Source: Zootoca vivipara (taxonomy: Eukaryota). Taken from it: 64,000 nt of DNA. Location of the stretch: the NCBI RefSeq assembly GCF_963506605.1, contig NC_083279.1, positions 29,326,001 through 29,390,000 on the forward strand, given 5' to 3'. The translations under genes and the position numbers were made by a program. Below the pieces are notes generated by a model. The model made no database searches and had not been told where the DNA came from. It worked only from the letters and a program-made list of their open reading frames with translations. Shown piece after piece: positions 50,374-62,090 of the stretch. Every line of letters starts with the position of its first letter. The stretch's first letter is position 1.

Positions 50374-51559
50374 ATTGTTATCACCACCTGGGCTGCGAAA
50401 TGCTCTTCGCCTTAAATTGCCTAGTTGTCTTCAGTAATCTCCTGTGATGGAGGAGTGGAGGAGCCTCAGGTCTTTCGAAGTCTTCTTTCAAGGTGTCCAC
50501 TGAGTTAGAGGAAAGCAGTGCCACATCTTCAGGTTGGGCAGGGGGCAGCGGAACTGGCCCAGGTGGTTTATCTGAGAGCACTTATTGGGCTGCCTTTGCT
50601 TGTCCTTCCCCTCCTGCTTCAGAGTGCCCACCCTCAATCTCTTAAGATGAGAAATCCAACTCCAGCACCATGACATTATCTTACCAACCATGGTAACTCT
50701 CACTGGCAGTACCCCCTTTTTAGATGTTCCTTACCATGGACAGTACCGGTATTTATTTAAGCTTATTTCTGCAAAGCCTTTCTGGAAACGGTTCATGTGT
50801 CTTGCCTTTCAGACCATTGGTCTATTTAATGAGATCCCAAATTCAGTCTCTATGTTGGGGAATCTTTATTTCCCATTTCTCCAAACTTAAATTTTGTTCC
50901 CTGCATGCCAGTGGTCAGGAATGATAGAATTTGCAGTGCAACAACATTGGGGTGGCTACAGGTTCAGCCAACCCTGTTTGAGATTAATCATGGTACTGTC
51001 TCACTGTCACAAGACCAGTTTTATAAAGAGGCAGTTTTGTACTGATGTCATTACACTTCGTAACTGAGACTCTAATAAGGGCTCATAGATGAGGTGGAAA
51101 ATCCATTTGACTTTTCAAGCATTCGCAAATCTGGTGTGCCCCATATCTATCTGCCCATCTAGCTGTAACAGTGTTGCTCTGTTTGTGCATTTGAAGATGT
51201 ACCGAGTGCCAGCTGGCAACAGCCCTACAAACCAGAATTTCCTACATTTCAGTGGTCTGGAGGGATATGTAACTAATACTGTGAAAACTCTGTATGAGTA
51301 AAACTGTTCACACACTGACTTTATAATGTTCCTTTAACTTCCCTTGATGAAATATGTTTTGATTTGCAATTGTAAGCTGTCATCTTGTAAAATGAATAAG
51401 TAATTATTTTTTTTATTTTTTTACCTCAAGGTTAACTCCAAAGGGTCTTATAACTTCAGTGTGTGCTGCATTGTGACCATATATTTTGTAGTGCTTGGGC
51501 ATTACCTGTAGGCTAAAGACTGATTCTCAAGATGAATAGTGTTGCAAGATGCTCATTTA

Positions 51560-51702
51560 TGCTCGCTCAGTAGATCATGAGGCGCTTAATCTCATGGTCA
51601 TGGGTTCAGGCCCCATGTTGGGCAAAAGATTCCTGCATTGCAGGGGGTTGGACTAGATGACACTTGGGGTCCCTTCCAGCTCTTCCAGTTCTATGATTCT
51701 AT
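51560..51702 (+). mobile_element. tRNA-Lys-derived SINE with CR1 tail
   Basis: GCTCAGTAGAtCATGAGgCgCTTAATCTCAtGGTCaTGGGTTC..GCCCCAtGTTGGGC head followed by GGGGTTGGACTAGATGAC..TTCTATGATTCTAT. Confidence 0.8.
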
Positions 51703-54700
51703 AACGTTTAGCGTATATATGCTGCTTTAGTGGTGCAAATGGGTCATAGATATGTCTTTAACTCCGGTGCCTCTTTACTTGAGTGACAGTGCTGGAAATG
51801 GATAGACTTCACATGCAATAGATGCCATAGTTTTCCAAACCGGACTTTCCCCACCCTTTGGAGAAGATACATTTCTACCTGATGTGTTGGTGGAGAGAAT
51901 GGTACCTACATTGCCTGAGAAAGCCCCAGTAGAGCCTGGATTGACAGTGATGCCACTTGAATGGGAAGTTCTGGTTAATGGGGCAGGAGCAAACGTCAAC
52001 CAGGTGCAAACTGGAGTGGCGACTGCACCTTATTAATTGTTATTATTATTATACTTTATATACTGCCCTATACCCACAGGTCTCAGGGTGGTTCACGGGA
52101 TGAAATCACAATATAAAAACACAAAATGCACAATCAAAATAAGAACAACCCAATAACCCCACCCAAATAATCAGAAAGGGAAAATAGCATTTTAAATACA
52201 CAATATATGTAATAAAACCTATAAAAATAAGCACCCATCAAGTATCATCAAGGAGTAGATCAATAGATCAATTTAACTTTCTTTCAAACCAAAACAGTGG
52301 TCGTCGTCCCCCAATTGTAACCATTCATAGAAGCTCTTTGATCCAGTGGAGGCTTCCATGAAGGGGCACCTGGCGATTAAATAGGGACCCAAACCAGGAG
52401 AAGGACCAGTTCAAGTTCCACCTTTCCCCACCCACACAATCTTTGTGTGCAGCTTACCAACCATCTTGTGTGTTTTGGACTGTTTAAGGAACCAGGAATT
52501 TTCCCCAGACCTTTGACTTTCTTTTCAGAAGATTTGGAATATTGGCTACCCCACAGCAAAATGATTGTCTGGAATGAAGGTTTGCAGTGTAGCTCTACCA
52601 CAGCTGACCAGACACAAAGCCAAGAACACAATGTGACTGGCTGTTGAGGGTCACATCCGGGTAGCTTATTTCACATCCGGATAGCGAATGGCATTATGAG
52701 CAGTGCCATTGTATTGGATTACTCAGCACAAGGCTAGTAGGCTGGCTAGCTTGGGCTACTATTGGCAGTCAATACAGGCTGACAATAACATCACATTCTA
52801 GTGAGTGCCTGCATGGGAGAATACATAAACACCATTCTGATACTAGTCTCTTTATTTTTCACTCCTTTCTTAATTTTTAACATTAGATTTGCCTTGTCCT
52901 CTGCTTGGATCGCAATGAGACTTCATTCATCTAAGGAAAATTGTTCTTGCACAGTCTGCTCTGAACTTACTACCACTCAGGAAGGGGGAAAACTGTATGA
53001 GACTGAAAATAACCCTATCCAAACTTATTTAGCAACATGACATTTAGTAGCTCATCTGTATATGTATAAGTGAAATGCAGATGATACTGTAAACAATGGC
53101 ACCATTTTTACAGCTTCTCCCCCTCAAAGCATTTGCATCCATTCCAATAATTGGGTGGTTTCCCCCCCCCTTATTTTTTTAAAATGTCCTTGGAATACTG
53201 CCACACAGCTTGTTTTAAAACTGAAGATTCATAGAAGAATAGAACAGAATATTTTTCAAAACCCAGGTATAATATTTAAAAAGGAACCTAAGGAATACTA
53301 GCTGAAGAAATATATAGTAAGAACGATAGCAGCCTCTCCAAATGTGTTTCTGTCATTCTCTCTCTTTTTTTGGGGGGGGGGGAATGCACCAATGATGTAA
53401 AGCAGAAAATCTGAGTACTGTAGTGCTTCTCCCTCCCCCCAGCCCCACATGATAAAAAATAATAATACCAAGCTAGATCAACACATTGCTGCTTGCTAAT
53501 GATATCCCAAAATCTTCTGCTTGAGATGAGCTGCTCTATCCTAATGGAAGGTGAATTCTGATTTATTGTGTGCAGATCTTTGTTAGTAATCCCAGAACAA
53601 GACAGGCCATTTATTCAGTTTACTGCTTCTCTTTGTAGCAGTTATGGACAGAAGCAGCAATCAGACTATGTAAAGAGTTGGCTTCAGGACTCCGGGTCGC
53701 ACCCTGATTTATGACATCCTCAGTGTTTTGTGTTGCCAGAGTGAGTCATAAATGCTCACTTGACTGCCACATGAATGGTTCTTATTTTTCAGCCATTCAA
53801 GGTGATCTAGCATCAGACCAAGAATAGATAACAAGCAGTTATTCTGAGTGCAGCCATTCCTGTCTGTGGTATGTGTGGCTCTCAGGCTTCTCAGAAGGTC
53901 AAACAATATTATGTTCAAACTACCTGAGATGGCAACATGGTATGCCTATGTGTTTAAACCAGGAGCTGCCTACATTGCATACAAATGTTTATTTCATTTT
54001 TCTGGTTGTTGGTTTTTTTTTGCATTGGACATTTTAACATTCTTGTTGGTGGCGGTCTTGTTTCTGCCTTGAATTCCTTCAATTTTAGGCTCATCTGCAC
54101 TTGTGCTTGTACCATGCCTAGAAGGCACACAGGTCTGAGCAATTTCCCACTTGCCCTGTGCTTTCTAGGCATGGATCCAAGCAGTTTTGCCTTCCCCAGG
54201 AAAACCTGCTCTTTAATGCTAAATCACAAGAAACTGCAATCGGCAAAAACTCCATTGCTGTATGATCCAACTGAGCACTAAATATTGGGTTTCCCCTGGG
54301 GAATGCAGCAGGCCAAACACAGGTGTGGACAAGCTCTTTATCCCAAATGCTGCTACTGTTTGTCATTCCAATGATAAATACTCCTTTCTCCTAACTGACT
54401 TTCCCTCTCTTCCCAACCTTCGCTTTAACCTTCTTGTACTCACTTTCAAATGTTGCAGCTTTTTTTGACCTTAATATTTGTTCTCTTTTCTTTCTCTGTA
54501 TGTTCCTCCCTGGATGCTTCAGACTACAGGTGCCAATTCTAGCCTAAGATTAGCTCCTTTCTCAACTTCTCCTCTCCCCTCCCTTCCCCCACTCCTCTCC
54601 AACCCCATTTGCCTCTTGTATTTCCCTTTCTGCTCTTGGTCACTTGAGTACCACCTCCTTGATATTTGAGGCTGCAATGCTTTATAAACCCACCTGGGAG

Positions 54701-54780
54701 AAAGGCCAGTTGAACTCAGTGGGACTGACTTCTGAGTAGACATGTACAGGGTTGCACTGTGAACTCTCTGGCTCTATTTG

Positions 54781-55229
54781 CATAGCTGCCCCCGTATTTT
54801 AAACTGTTTCCCGCTGGCAGCCCAGACTGGAAAAAATCCCGTAAATCCCCCAGATTTCCTACCTGCCAGGGAGGCTCCATTTTGGGTCCTGGCGCCGCCC
54901 GATTTCCGGCGCCCATACATGGGTAGCGCGGCACCAGAAGTTGCTTCTACACATGTCCCGACATGCGTAGAAGCGACTTCCGGTGCCGCTCCGCCCATGC
55001 CTGGGCACCAAAAATCGGGCAGAGCGGCACCGGAAGTTGCTTCTACGCATGTCCGGACATGCATAGAAGCGATTTCCGGTGCTGCGCTACCCATGTATGG
55101 GCACCGGAAATCGGGCGCCGCCGACACCGGAAGTTGCTTCTACGTTGTCCAGACATGCGTAGAAGCGACTTCCGGTGCTGCGCCACTGCTGATCCCACAT
55201 TTTTCAGCAAGAGATTTGGCAGCTCTGTG
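54781..55229. mobile_element. hAT MITE with internal alternating repeats
   Basis: CATAGCTGCC...GGCAGCT termini and TSD TCTATTTG. Contains three palindromic units GCACCGGAAGTTGCTTCTAC..GTAGAAGCGACTTCCGGTGC. Confidence 0.85.
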
Positions 55230-55729
55230 TCTATTTGTACATCCAAGCCCCTGTTTAGATCGCATCAGTTTACCCCTTCTTCGTTTTTTTAACTTTCCTT
55301 CCCTTTCTTTTCTAAAGTGCCTCATCTTTGCGTATTTCACATATTATAGAATCTGCCCTTCACCCAGAGTTCCACAGAGAGGGCCCCACAAACATTTTAA
55401 AACCACAATATATAAAATCAAGTCAAAACAAATCGTTAATCATTGTGGCAGCAGCAGAGAAATAAAAATACTGCCAACAGATAAAATCATTAGAGTTCAC
55501 CTTTCCCTTCCCCAGTGACCTGCACAGAGAGGTCCATCTTCACTTACCTTAGATAAGACAGTTTATGTTGGAGACTGATGTACCTCAGAGCTGGGGTCAT
55601 TCCATAAATGTGGAGCCAGGGCAATTGTAAGCCTGCATGCAAGGACTGCATTTTGTTTTGCTTTGTCTTTATATGCATAGTTTATTGGTTTTTAAGTTTG
55701 GACTGCACTCTATGTTTAATTATTATACA

Positions 55730-55862
55730 CAGTGCTATTTTTCTAGAAAAGGAGGTGCCGATACTCACTGTGAACGCCTCCCTTGTTCTCTTATAATGTC
55801 AATGCTGCCCACCTGAGAGGGGCCAGAACTCAGTTCCGACCAAAAAAAAAAAAAAAGCTCTG
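55730..55862. mobile_element. Small MITE
   Basis: CAGTGCTaTTTTT...AAAAAAAGCtCTG termini; a related end lies at 49040-49087. Confidence 0.6.
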
Positions 55863-55980
55863 ATTGTACAGCACCCAGCGTATCTAACCACTTTGTTACT
55901 AATAAGTAATAGCAGGTGTATGCACATCTACACTAAAGGTAACTTCAGAAGTTGCAGAAGAGCAGTTGGTGAGCGTAAAC

Positions 55981-56116
55981 CAGGCATCCTCAAACACGGC
56001 CCTCCAGATGTTTTTGGCCTACAACTCCCATGATCCCTAGCTAGCAGGACTAGTGGTTAGGGATGATGGGAATTGTAATATCAAAACATCTGGAGGGCCA
56101 GGTTGGAGGAAGCCTG
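55981..56116. mobile_element. Palindromic hAT MITE
   Basis: CAGGCATCCTCAAAC...GTTGGAGGAAGCCTG, same core as the other copies. Confidence 0.85.
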
Positions 56117-56791
56117 GCATGAAGCAAATACCCTGTAAAGAAGAGGTGGCTGTTTTAAGCATTATCGAAGGTACATCAGCTTCTTCCTGAGCTGAGTTGC
56201 AGGAAGCATGGCAGAGTGAGAATGGGGAACTTATTGTGCATTTATTGCGGGCAGTTGACTGCATGCAGGACAAGCACGGAAGGAAGCATCCATGGCTCAT
56301 GTGTTGATCTAAAAAGCCCCAGACAGCTTGGGTCTTGGATACCTTAAGAACTGCCTGAGGCTTTATAATCCCCATTCAGTCACCGAGATTGTCCAAAGGA
56401 GTGTTTGTTGTTCACTACCAGCATGTCACTGAACCTCCCTAAATTGATTTGTGGGGTAGTGTGCAGGATAACAGTTCTGCACTAGCTTGCACTCCTTCTG
56501 ACTACATGGGCTTCATGTAACCCAGGCAACTATAGTCACACCATATCTATTCCTCTATCAGAGTCTGCAGGAGAGAAGCAGGACAAAGGTCAAGTTCAGA
56601 AATCAAAAGCTGACAATATCACAGTTTTAGAGCAGCTTTCTGGGGTGTGTATTTGTAGAGGTTTCTCCCTAGCCATCTCTTCGGTTCACAAGGAAAGCTT
56701 TGCTTTCTTTAACACTAAGACCGACTTTCCTTCTCCAGTAACAACAGACTGAGTTTCCCTCTCCAATACATTTCTTCCCAAATTATCTCAG

Positions 56792-56991
56792 CAGAGAAAA
56801 GTGTGCCTTCTCCTGTGATTGCTGCAGCAGACACTGCAAGAGGAACTGAAAGCCAGACAGTGCCAGCCTGGATTACCATAGCAAAACAAAAGCAGAGGGT
56901 CATGGAGCAAGAGCTTAGCAAAGAAGAGAAACTGGTGGCTGCGGATAACACAGACACAGAAAAACAAATACAAGAGAAGGAGCGAATGGAG
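56792..56991 (+). CDS. CRACDL: CRACDL exon: (A)EKSVPSPV...PAWITIAKQKQR...KERME
   Basis: Tandem acceptor ctcag|cag| (start 56792 or 56795) and GAG|GTAATA donor, phase 1 to 0. PxWIT..QK motif of the family. Confidence 0.95.
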
Positions 56992-59117
56992 GTAATACAG
57001 GTCATCCCTTCTTGTGACCTGCATGTGACATTGAAGTGGGGCTCTTTGCTTTAACCAGCTTCTGCAAGGTATCTTGTAATCAATTAAGGTTGGCAGGCGT
57101 TCACCAACTCTGCTTCACGATGCTGCTATTATTCAGATGTGTTTTAAGCCAATAATTGCATGCAAATGTTCAGCAAGTGTAAAAGCGGGTAGATAACTTA
57201 AGTTCTGAGCTACACAGGGCTGTTCGTGTCGGAATTCACAAAGAATGAATTCCTCAAGCACCCTTAGACTTTGTTCTCCTTTCCCCACACCCACACACCT
57301 TTTTTTTGAATTTTTAAGTGAGATATGCGTGTGGTGGAGTTTTAATTCTGTAAAGGGCAAGTGCTCACCTGATGCACCTTTTTTTCTTCTATAGCAAATA
57401 TCTCAATGACATTTGAGCCCTTTTTGTAATCAACCCTATTCTTCCTTTGCAAAGGTGGGCTTCCCTCTTCAACAGTGGAGCTCCCATCTCCGGTGGGAGC
57501 TTTTCTTTTAAGGAGGAGGAAAGCCTTTCCCATGTTGCAGTGTTTCCTTCGACCTCCATTTCCTTATACAATTAAACAACCAGGAAGAGCTCGGCATCAT
57601 GGGAGAAGTTACTGTAATGACTGCAGCAAATGTCTGTATGCAACTGCTCTAAAGATTCCTTTTTAATCTGCAGTGCATCACTACAGAATATTACTGTTGC
57701 AATACCAACATCAGAAGGCAGCAGTTTTCAAATCAAGCGTTCATTCTGACCAATTCATCTCCCTTTGTTCAATTTCCAACTGTGGGAAACCAGAACACCG
57801 TTCTCCATTTCAGTTCTGAACGTGTTTTGAAAGCTCAGCTGATAGAATACTTAGTTGCAGGAGTGTGTGCTTTTCCGTCTAAAAAAATCTATGGGTTTTA
57901 ACCTGCCAGTAGGGAGAATGGAAGTCATGTATAGCATACATGTTTGATGATATACACTGAAAGTATATTTACAGGCTTAAAGACTCATGTAGAGATAAAT
58001 GTTATGTCACCCTAAAAAACATGTTACGTTTTTCCTGTAACCTACGGTATAAACCTTGGTGAGGACCTGAAGCAGAATGAGAAATTTGGCCTCCAGTACT
58101 CAAAATCAGTTATTTCTGGTATTGAGATAAACCAGTATATAGAAAAAAAATGAACTAAGACACAAAAAGCGAAAGGCTGCTTTTGGCTTAAAACAGCATT
58201 AGAACAGGGCCTGCTTTTGGCTTAATACAGCATTGGAGCAAAAGATAAATGAATGTAAATGTCAGCATTGGAATCAAAATCTAGAACTGTAGCACTGTTG
58301 TGATTCTGCTGCAGTTTTTCTTCTGCAGACGTTACGTTACTCTTCTCAATGTCTTCTGTGGTAAAATTATATAACTAACATAATTAATTGCATAAATCAT
58401 TACGTTATTCCAGCTCAGTCATTTCAGTGCAAAGAAATGCAATGCAAATGGATGGTGGTGGAACATAACCAATTACAGTTTTTTGCAGATTGAAATGATT
58501 GCAAATGCCAATTGTATTCGCTGGATTCTGTTTTGATCATGGGACAAATAAATGAGCTTTGGCAATTTCTGCCTACACGAAGCATGAGATGGCAGTGCTA
58601 ATTTTTAATATAGACATTCACCCTATTCACCCTGTGTAATATTCCTTACATTTAGCTTTCTTGATAAAAGCTAAATGTAAGGAATTTACATTTGTTTTTG
58701 TGTTGTGATCCTGAATTAAGCAGCATTTTTAGATTGCGGAAGGGAAACCCCCTCACCAGCGTTGTGAATTTTATGGTTTTATTTCTTTGTGCTAAATGTT
58801 TGTTTTGGGTCAGATCCCAGGCCAAAGTAAACCTTGTTCAGATGAGTAATACTTGAAAGAAAGACAGTTACATTCCATTGTGTAGGACATTTCCAAAGGA
58901 TAGTGTGCAGAAAAACTTCCATTTTTGGTTTGCAAAATTTCCTGTAGATTGTCCAATGTAGATTTGGTCTTGCAGGAAGCTGAGTCAAAAAGCAATTGTT
59001 ATTTCCACATTGTGTGCATACCTTTCTAAACAACCTGACTGTGTGCCTCTGACAGAGAAATAAGTATGTATTATCAGCACACAGTGGTACTATCCTGGGA
59101 ATAAAACTAGCTTAGAG

Positions 59118-59244
59118 CAGGGTTTCCCAAACTTGGGTCTCCAGCTGTTTTTGGACTACAACTCCCATCATCCCTAGCTAGCAGGACTAGTGGTCAGGGA
59201 TGATGGGAACTGTAGATCTGGAGAAACAAGTATTGGAAACCCTG
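59118..59244. mobile_element. Palindromic hAT MITE
   Basis: CAGGGTTTCCCAA...TTGGAAACCCTG, same core as the other copies. Confidence 0.85.
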
Positions 59245-59832
59245 GACCCATTGAGGAAGACAGAGGCTTGACCAGAAAATGGCTGATAGGGTTAAGCAGT
59301 CCCCTTCTCTTTTCTTCAGTTTCCTTACATTCTGACCTGTACCTCCCTGAGGCTGCTTTTGGCTTAAAACAGCATTGGAGATGCTGTTTTAATTGGAGAT
59401 AAATGCACTGGTGTGTCACATTTTAAAAGTGCACAGCCATAGCTCCCTATTGTCCATGAGAAGCTGTTTGCTGCCAAATTTGGCTTGTGCTTGCCCTCAT
59501 TATCAAAAGAGGCCTTGAATAATTTGCTGCGGCTGCAACAGCTCATTTCCAAGTGCTTCTAATTGCATAATTCAAAATCCCCCAAACAGTTTTCCAGTCT
59601 ACAGACTATGAAATGTTTATGGAGTGTTTACAGCTCAGATGGCATAAATAGGGCAAGTGTGGGTGACATATGACCACATTATTCTATTGTTGAGCAGGGG
59701 AGCCATGTCTGCTGCTGAGTTTCTTGTGTTCTGTCAAATCCCTACTGTGGTTCTATTTCCCACTGAATTATTTAGAACGCTATTCTATGGTGTGTGTGCT
59801 TTTCCCCCTCTCACCCCACCTTTTTTTTTTAG

Positions 59833-59980
59833 GAAGTTCTGAGGCAACAGACAGATTTCACGCGAAACACATCTTTGCCTTTCCCACCCGCAGCTTCTTT
59901 TGAAGAACAAAGGAATGAAACTAAGTCAGATATGCAGGAATCTTTGCCGGGAGGCAGCTTGCTGTCACACCATAACCCTG
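59833..59980 (+). CDS. CRACDL: CRACDL exon: EVLRQQTDFTRNTSLPFPPAA...GSLLSHHNP
   Basis: (T)10ag| acceptor and CTG|GTATGA donor, 148 nt, phase 0 to 1. Aligns to recalled human EPVKQADFVRSKSF..GISLSHQNL. Confidence 0.92.
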
Positions 59981-60124
59981 GTATGAAAACAAGACGCTAA
60001 AATCCTGACAATAAACCCAGGCTGTAAAGTATTTTCCATCACACAAACAACGGTCCCAAGTTTTTATTAAGGGTTCACAAGATTGAGCATTTCTGCAACT
60101 TCTTCCTGACGGCATGCTGCTGGT

Positions 60125-60565
60125 TTTATTTTTTAAAAGAATTTATAAACTGCACACCTTTCACAAACACCATGGTAGTGCCCCCCCCCAAAAAAATTAA
60201 AAATTAAATACAAGGTTAAACAATAAGATTTCATCAAATCCATCTGTAAAACCAGCACAAACCATGTCTGACGGTGCTACCTGAAAAAGCATGGCTGAAT
60301 TTTAAAAAGTCTCAAAGAGGCATTCAAAGGAACGCAGGGTTTCTATTTTCCAGGGGGAATGCATTCCAAAGTGTGGGTGCTACCATGCTAATAACTCTGC
60401 CCAAGTATTCATTAAGCAAACTTCCAAGGTGTGTTGCACCCTCAAGATGTCTACTAGATGATGTAGGGGTTTAAGTAGGAGGAGGTGGGAAAAGTCAGTC
60501 TCTCGGGTAAACAGGTCCTAGGCGGTTTAGGACTTTATATACCGTAGTAAAACCTTAAACCTGTT
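60125..60565 (-). mobile_element. Old L2 fragment
   Basis: GCATTCCAAAGTGTGGGTGCTACC and GGTCCTAGGCGGTTTAGGACTTTATA, L2-like motifs in reverse. Confidence 0.6.
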
Positions 60566-60604
60566 GTTCTGATTTTACATACTATTAGTGGGACTGAGGG
60601 CACC

Positions 60605-61420
60605 CTCTCCACATCTTAACATTTTTCAACCACACACCTAAAAACAGGACATACAGATGTGATGAGCATTCTCGCAGATGTGTCTCTGCTTACCCAAATT
60701 TGGGGTGGACAGCGGTTGCAGCCCAGCCCGGCTCCCCCAGCCGGAAAGAGTCTTTTCACCCTTGTGGCCGGCCATTGGGCTCTTCCTTGGCTGGCCACGG
60801 GAGGTTGGTGGGATTGCCCACCAAAACATGAATCTATGTGGCCAACGAGGGCATCAGTGGAGGGCGGGACCTGGGCAGCAGACTGGAGTGAACAAGTCTT
60901 CACTCTGGTCTGCCTCTGGAGGATAAAAGCCAGCTGCAGCAAGGGGTCAGCAGTTCAGTTAGTGGAAGAGCAACCCACCCTATATGCTGTTCTTTAGGCA
61001 CCATGTTAAGAAGATCTTGCTGTGGATCAAAATGGTCACCGTATTCAGGGCTGGGAAGGAACTTGCCTGCAAACAAATGGGGCCCGTTCGATGCCTTCTT
61101 TATATCAGTCATCACAACTTTCAGTGGATAAGGCATTGGTGGAATCCTTAGTCTTGTTTCCCGGGTGTGGGGAATCACCTTGACTTCAGTTTGGTGTGAT
61201 ATTGCTGGGTACCCTGGTAAAGGGGTCTGAGTGGAAGTTTCTTTCCTGATGCCAAACGAAGAGCAGGCAGGCCATAGGACTTCCAGGAGCAGCCTGGGGC
61301 GTTGACTTGTGTCTTGAGGTGGTCCCATAACCCAGGCATGATCCTGTCCAAGTTTCAGCCTGCAGCCAGGAGGCTGATACAATATGCACGCCCAATGCCT
61401 AAGCCTAAGCCTACTTAACA
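60605..61420 (-). mobile_element. Possible decayed Ngaro/DIRS retrotransposon SGNH-hydrolase ORF
   Basis: Colinear degenerate motifs on the - strand: RHWA ... VIPHTRETRL (cf. VIHLGENDL) ... ILQRQ ... VHPKFG*AETHLRECSSHL..VWL (cf. HP..LYR.DGVHL..WL). Confidence 0.4.
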
Positions 61421-61947
61421 TCTTTAATCAATGAAATTGTGGCCAATTTTTAATCCCAGAAAGCTGTTGTGTCAAGTTTGTTCCACCTGTCCTCACCTCA
61501 TGCTTCCGTCCACACTGCATACAAGTCTGCAAAGGCTGCCTTGTCGAGATTGACTCCGATTCCAACATATATACTTTAGCAAGGGCAGGAAAAATTTCAG
61601 GTTTCTGTGCCCTACATTAAACATGCTGACTGAATGCTTTCTCTGTAGCATGAACAATAAAGTGATCTCTACAGATAATGCATATGATGAATTGGGCACT
61701 TTAAATTTAGTTCAGGTGTGTGCTACACAATAACCTTTATCGCAGCAAATTTAAAAGTGTTATTAATAGGTTATTCATCATGGGTTAGGATTCTTAAAAA
61801 GATTTTTCACCATCGCCTAATGGCACTTCATACTATAATGGTTAATTAAGCTGATAGGGCAAAAATAAAATTAAAAAATCCTACTTGTTATTCTTGAGCA
61901 TCACACTGCTATTAAGTAAGTAAGCGATATTTTTGTTTTCCACACAG

Positions 61948-62090
61948 TTCAGTCTTCAGTGCTGATTGAAAAAGAAGATATAAAGCCACTTAAGAAGGTC
62001 AGTCATTCTTCCCCAGATCAACCCTCATGGATGGAACTTGCCAAAAAGAAATCTCAAGCTTGGAGCGACATGCCTCAGAGGATAAAATAG
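61948..62090 (+). CDS. CRACDL: CRACDL last coding exon: (V)QSSVLIEKEDIKPLKKVSHSSPDQPSWMELAKKKSQAWSDMPQRIK*
   Basis: ttttccacacag| acceptor, phase 1, TAG at 62088-62090. Matches the recalled human C-terminus DQPSWMELARKKSQAWSDMPQIIK. Confidence 0.98.

Noticed and set aside
51560-51625. tRNA-Lys gene
   Set aside because: Degenerate D- and T-arms and fused directly to a CR1 tail, so it is a SINE head.
51775-52025. dUTPase-like look of 'GITVNPG..GNVGTIL'
   Set aside because: The catalytic motifs (RSG/RSS, GVIDxDYxG, RIAQL) are absent, so the resemblance is too weak to call.
54778-55518. 246-aa repetitive ORF or CRISPR-like repeat-spacer pattern
   Set aside because: Internal repeats of a TIR/TSD-bounded hAT MITE. 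The 'spacers' are homologous to each other, the context is vertebrate and there are no cas genes.
30643-62090. Assignment as CRACD (KIAA1211) or KIAA1210
   Set aside because: STRVMDIK, GMSSEDDGLPRSPPE, VKLRSTSLSLKYR and PSWMELAxKKSQAWSDMPQ match CRACDL. The Glu/Arg coiled region of CRACD is absent.
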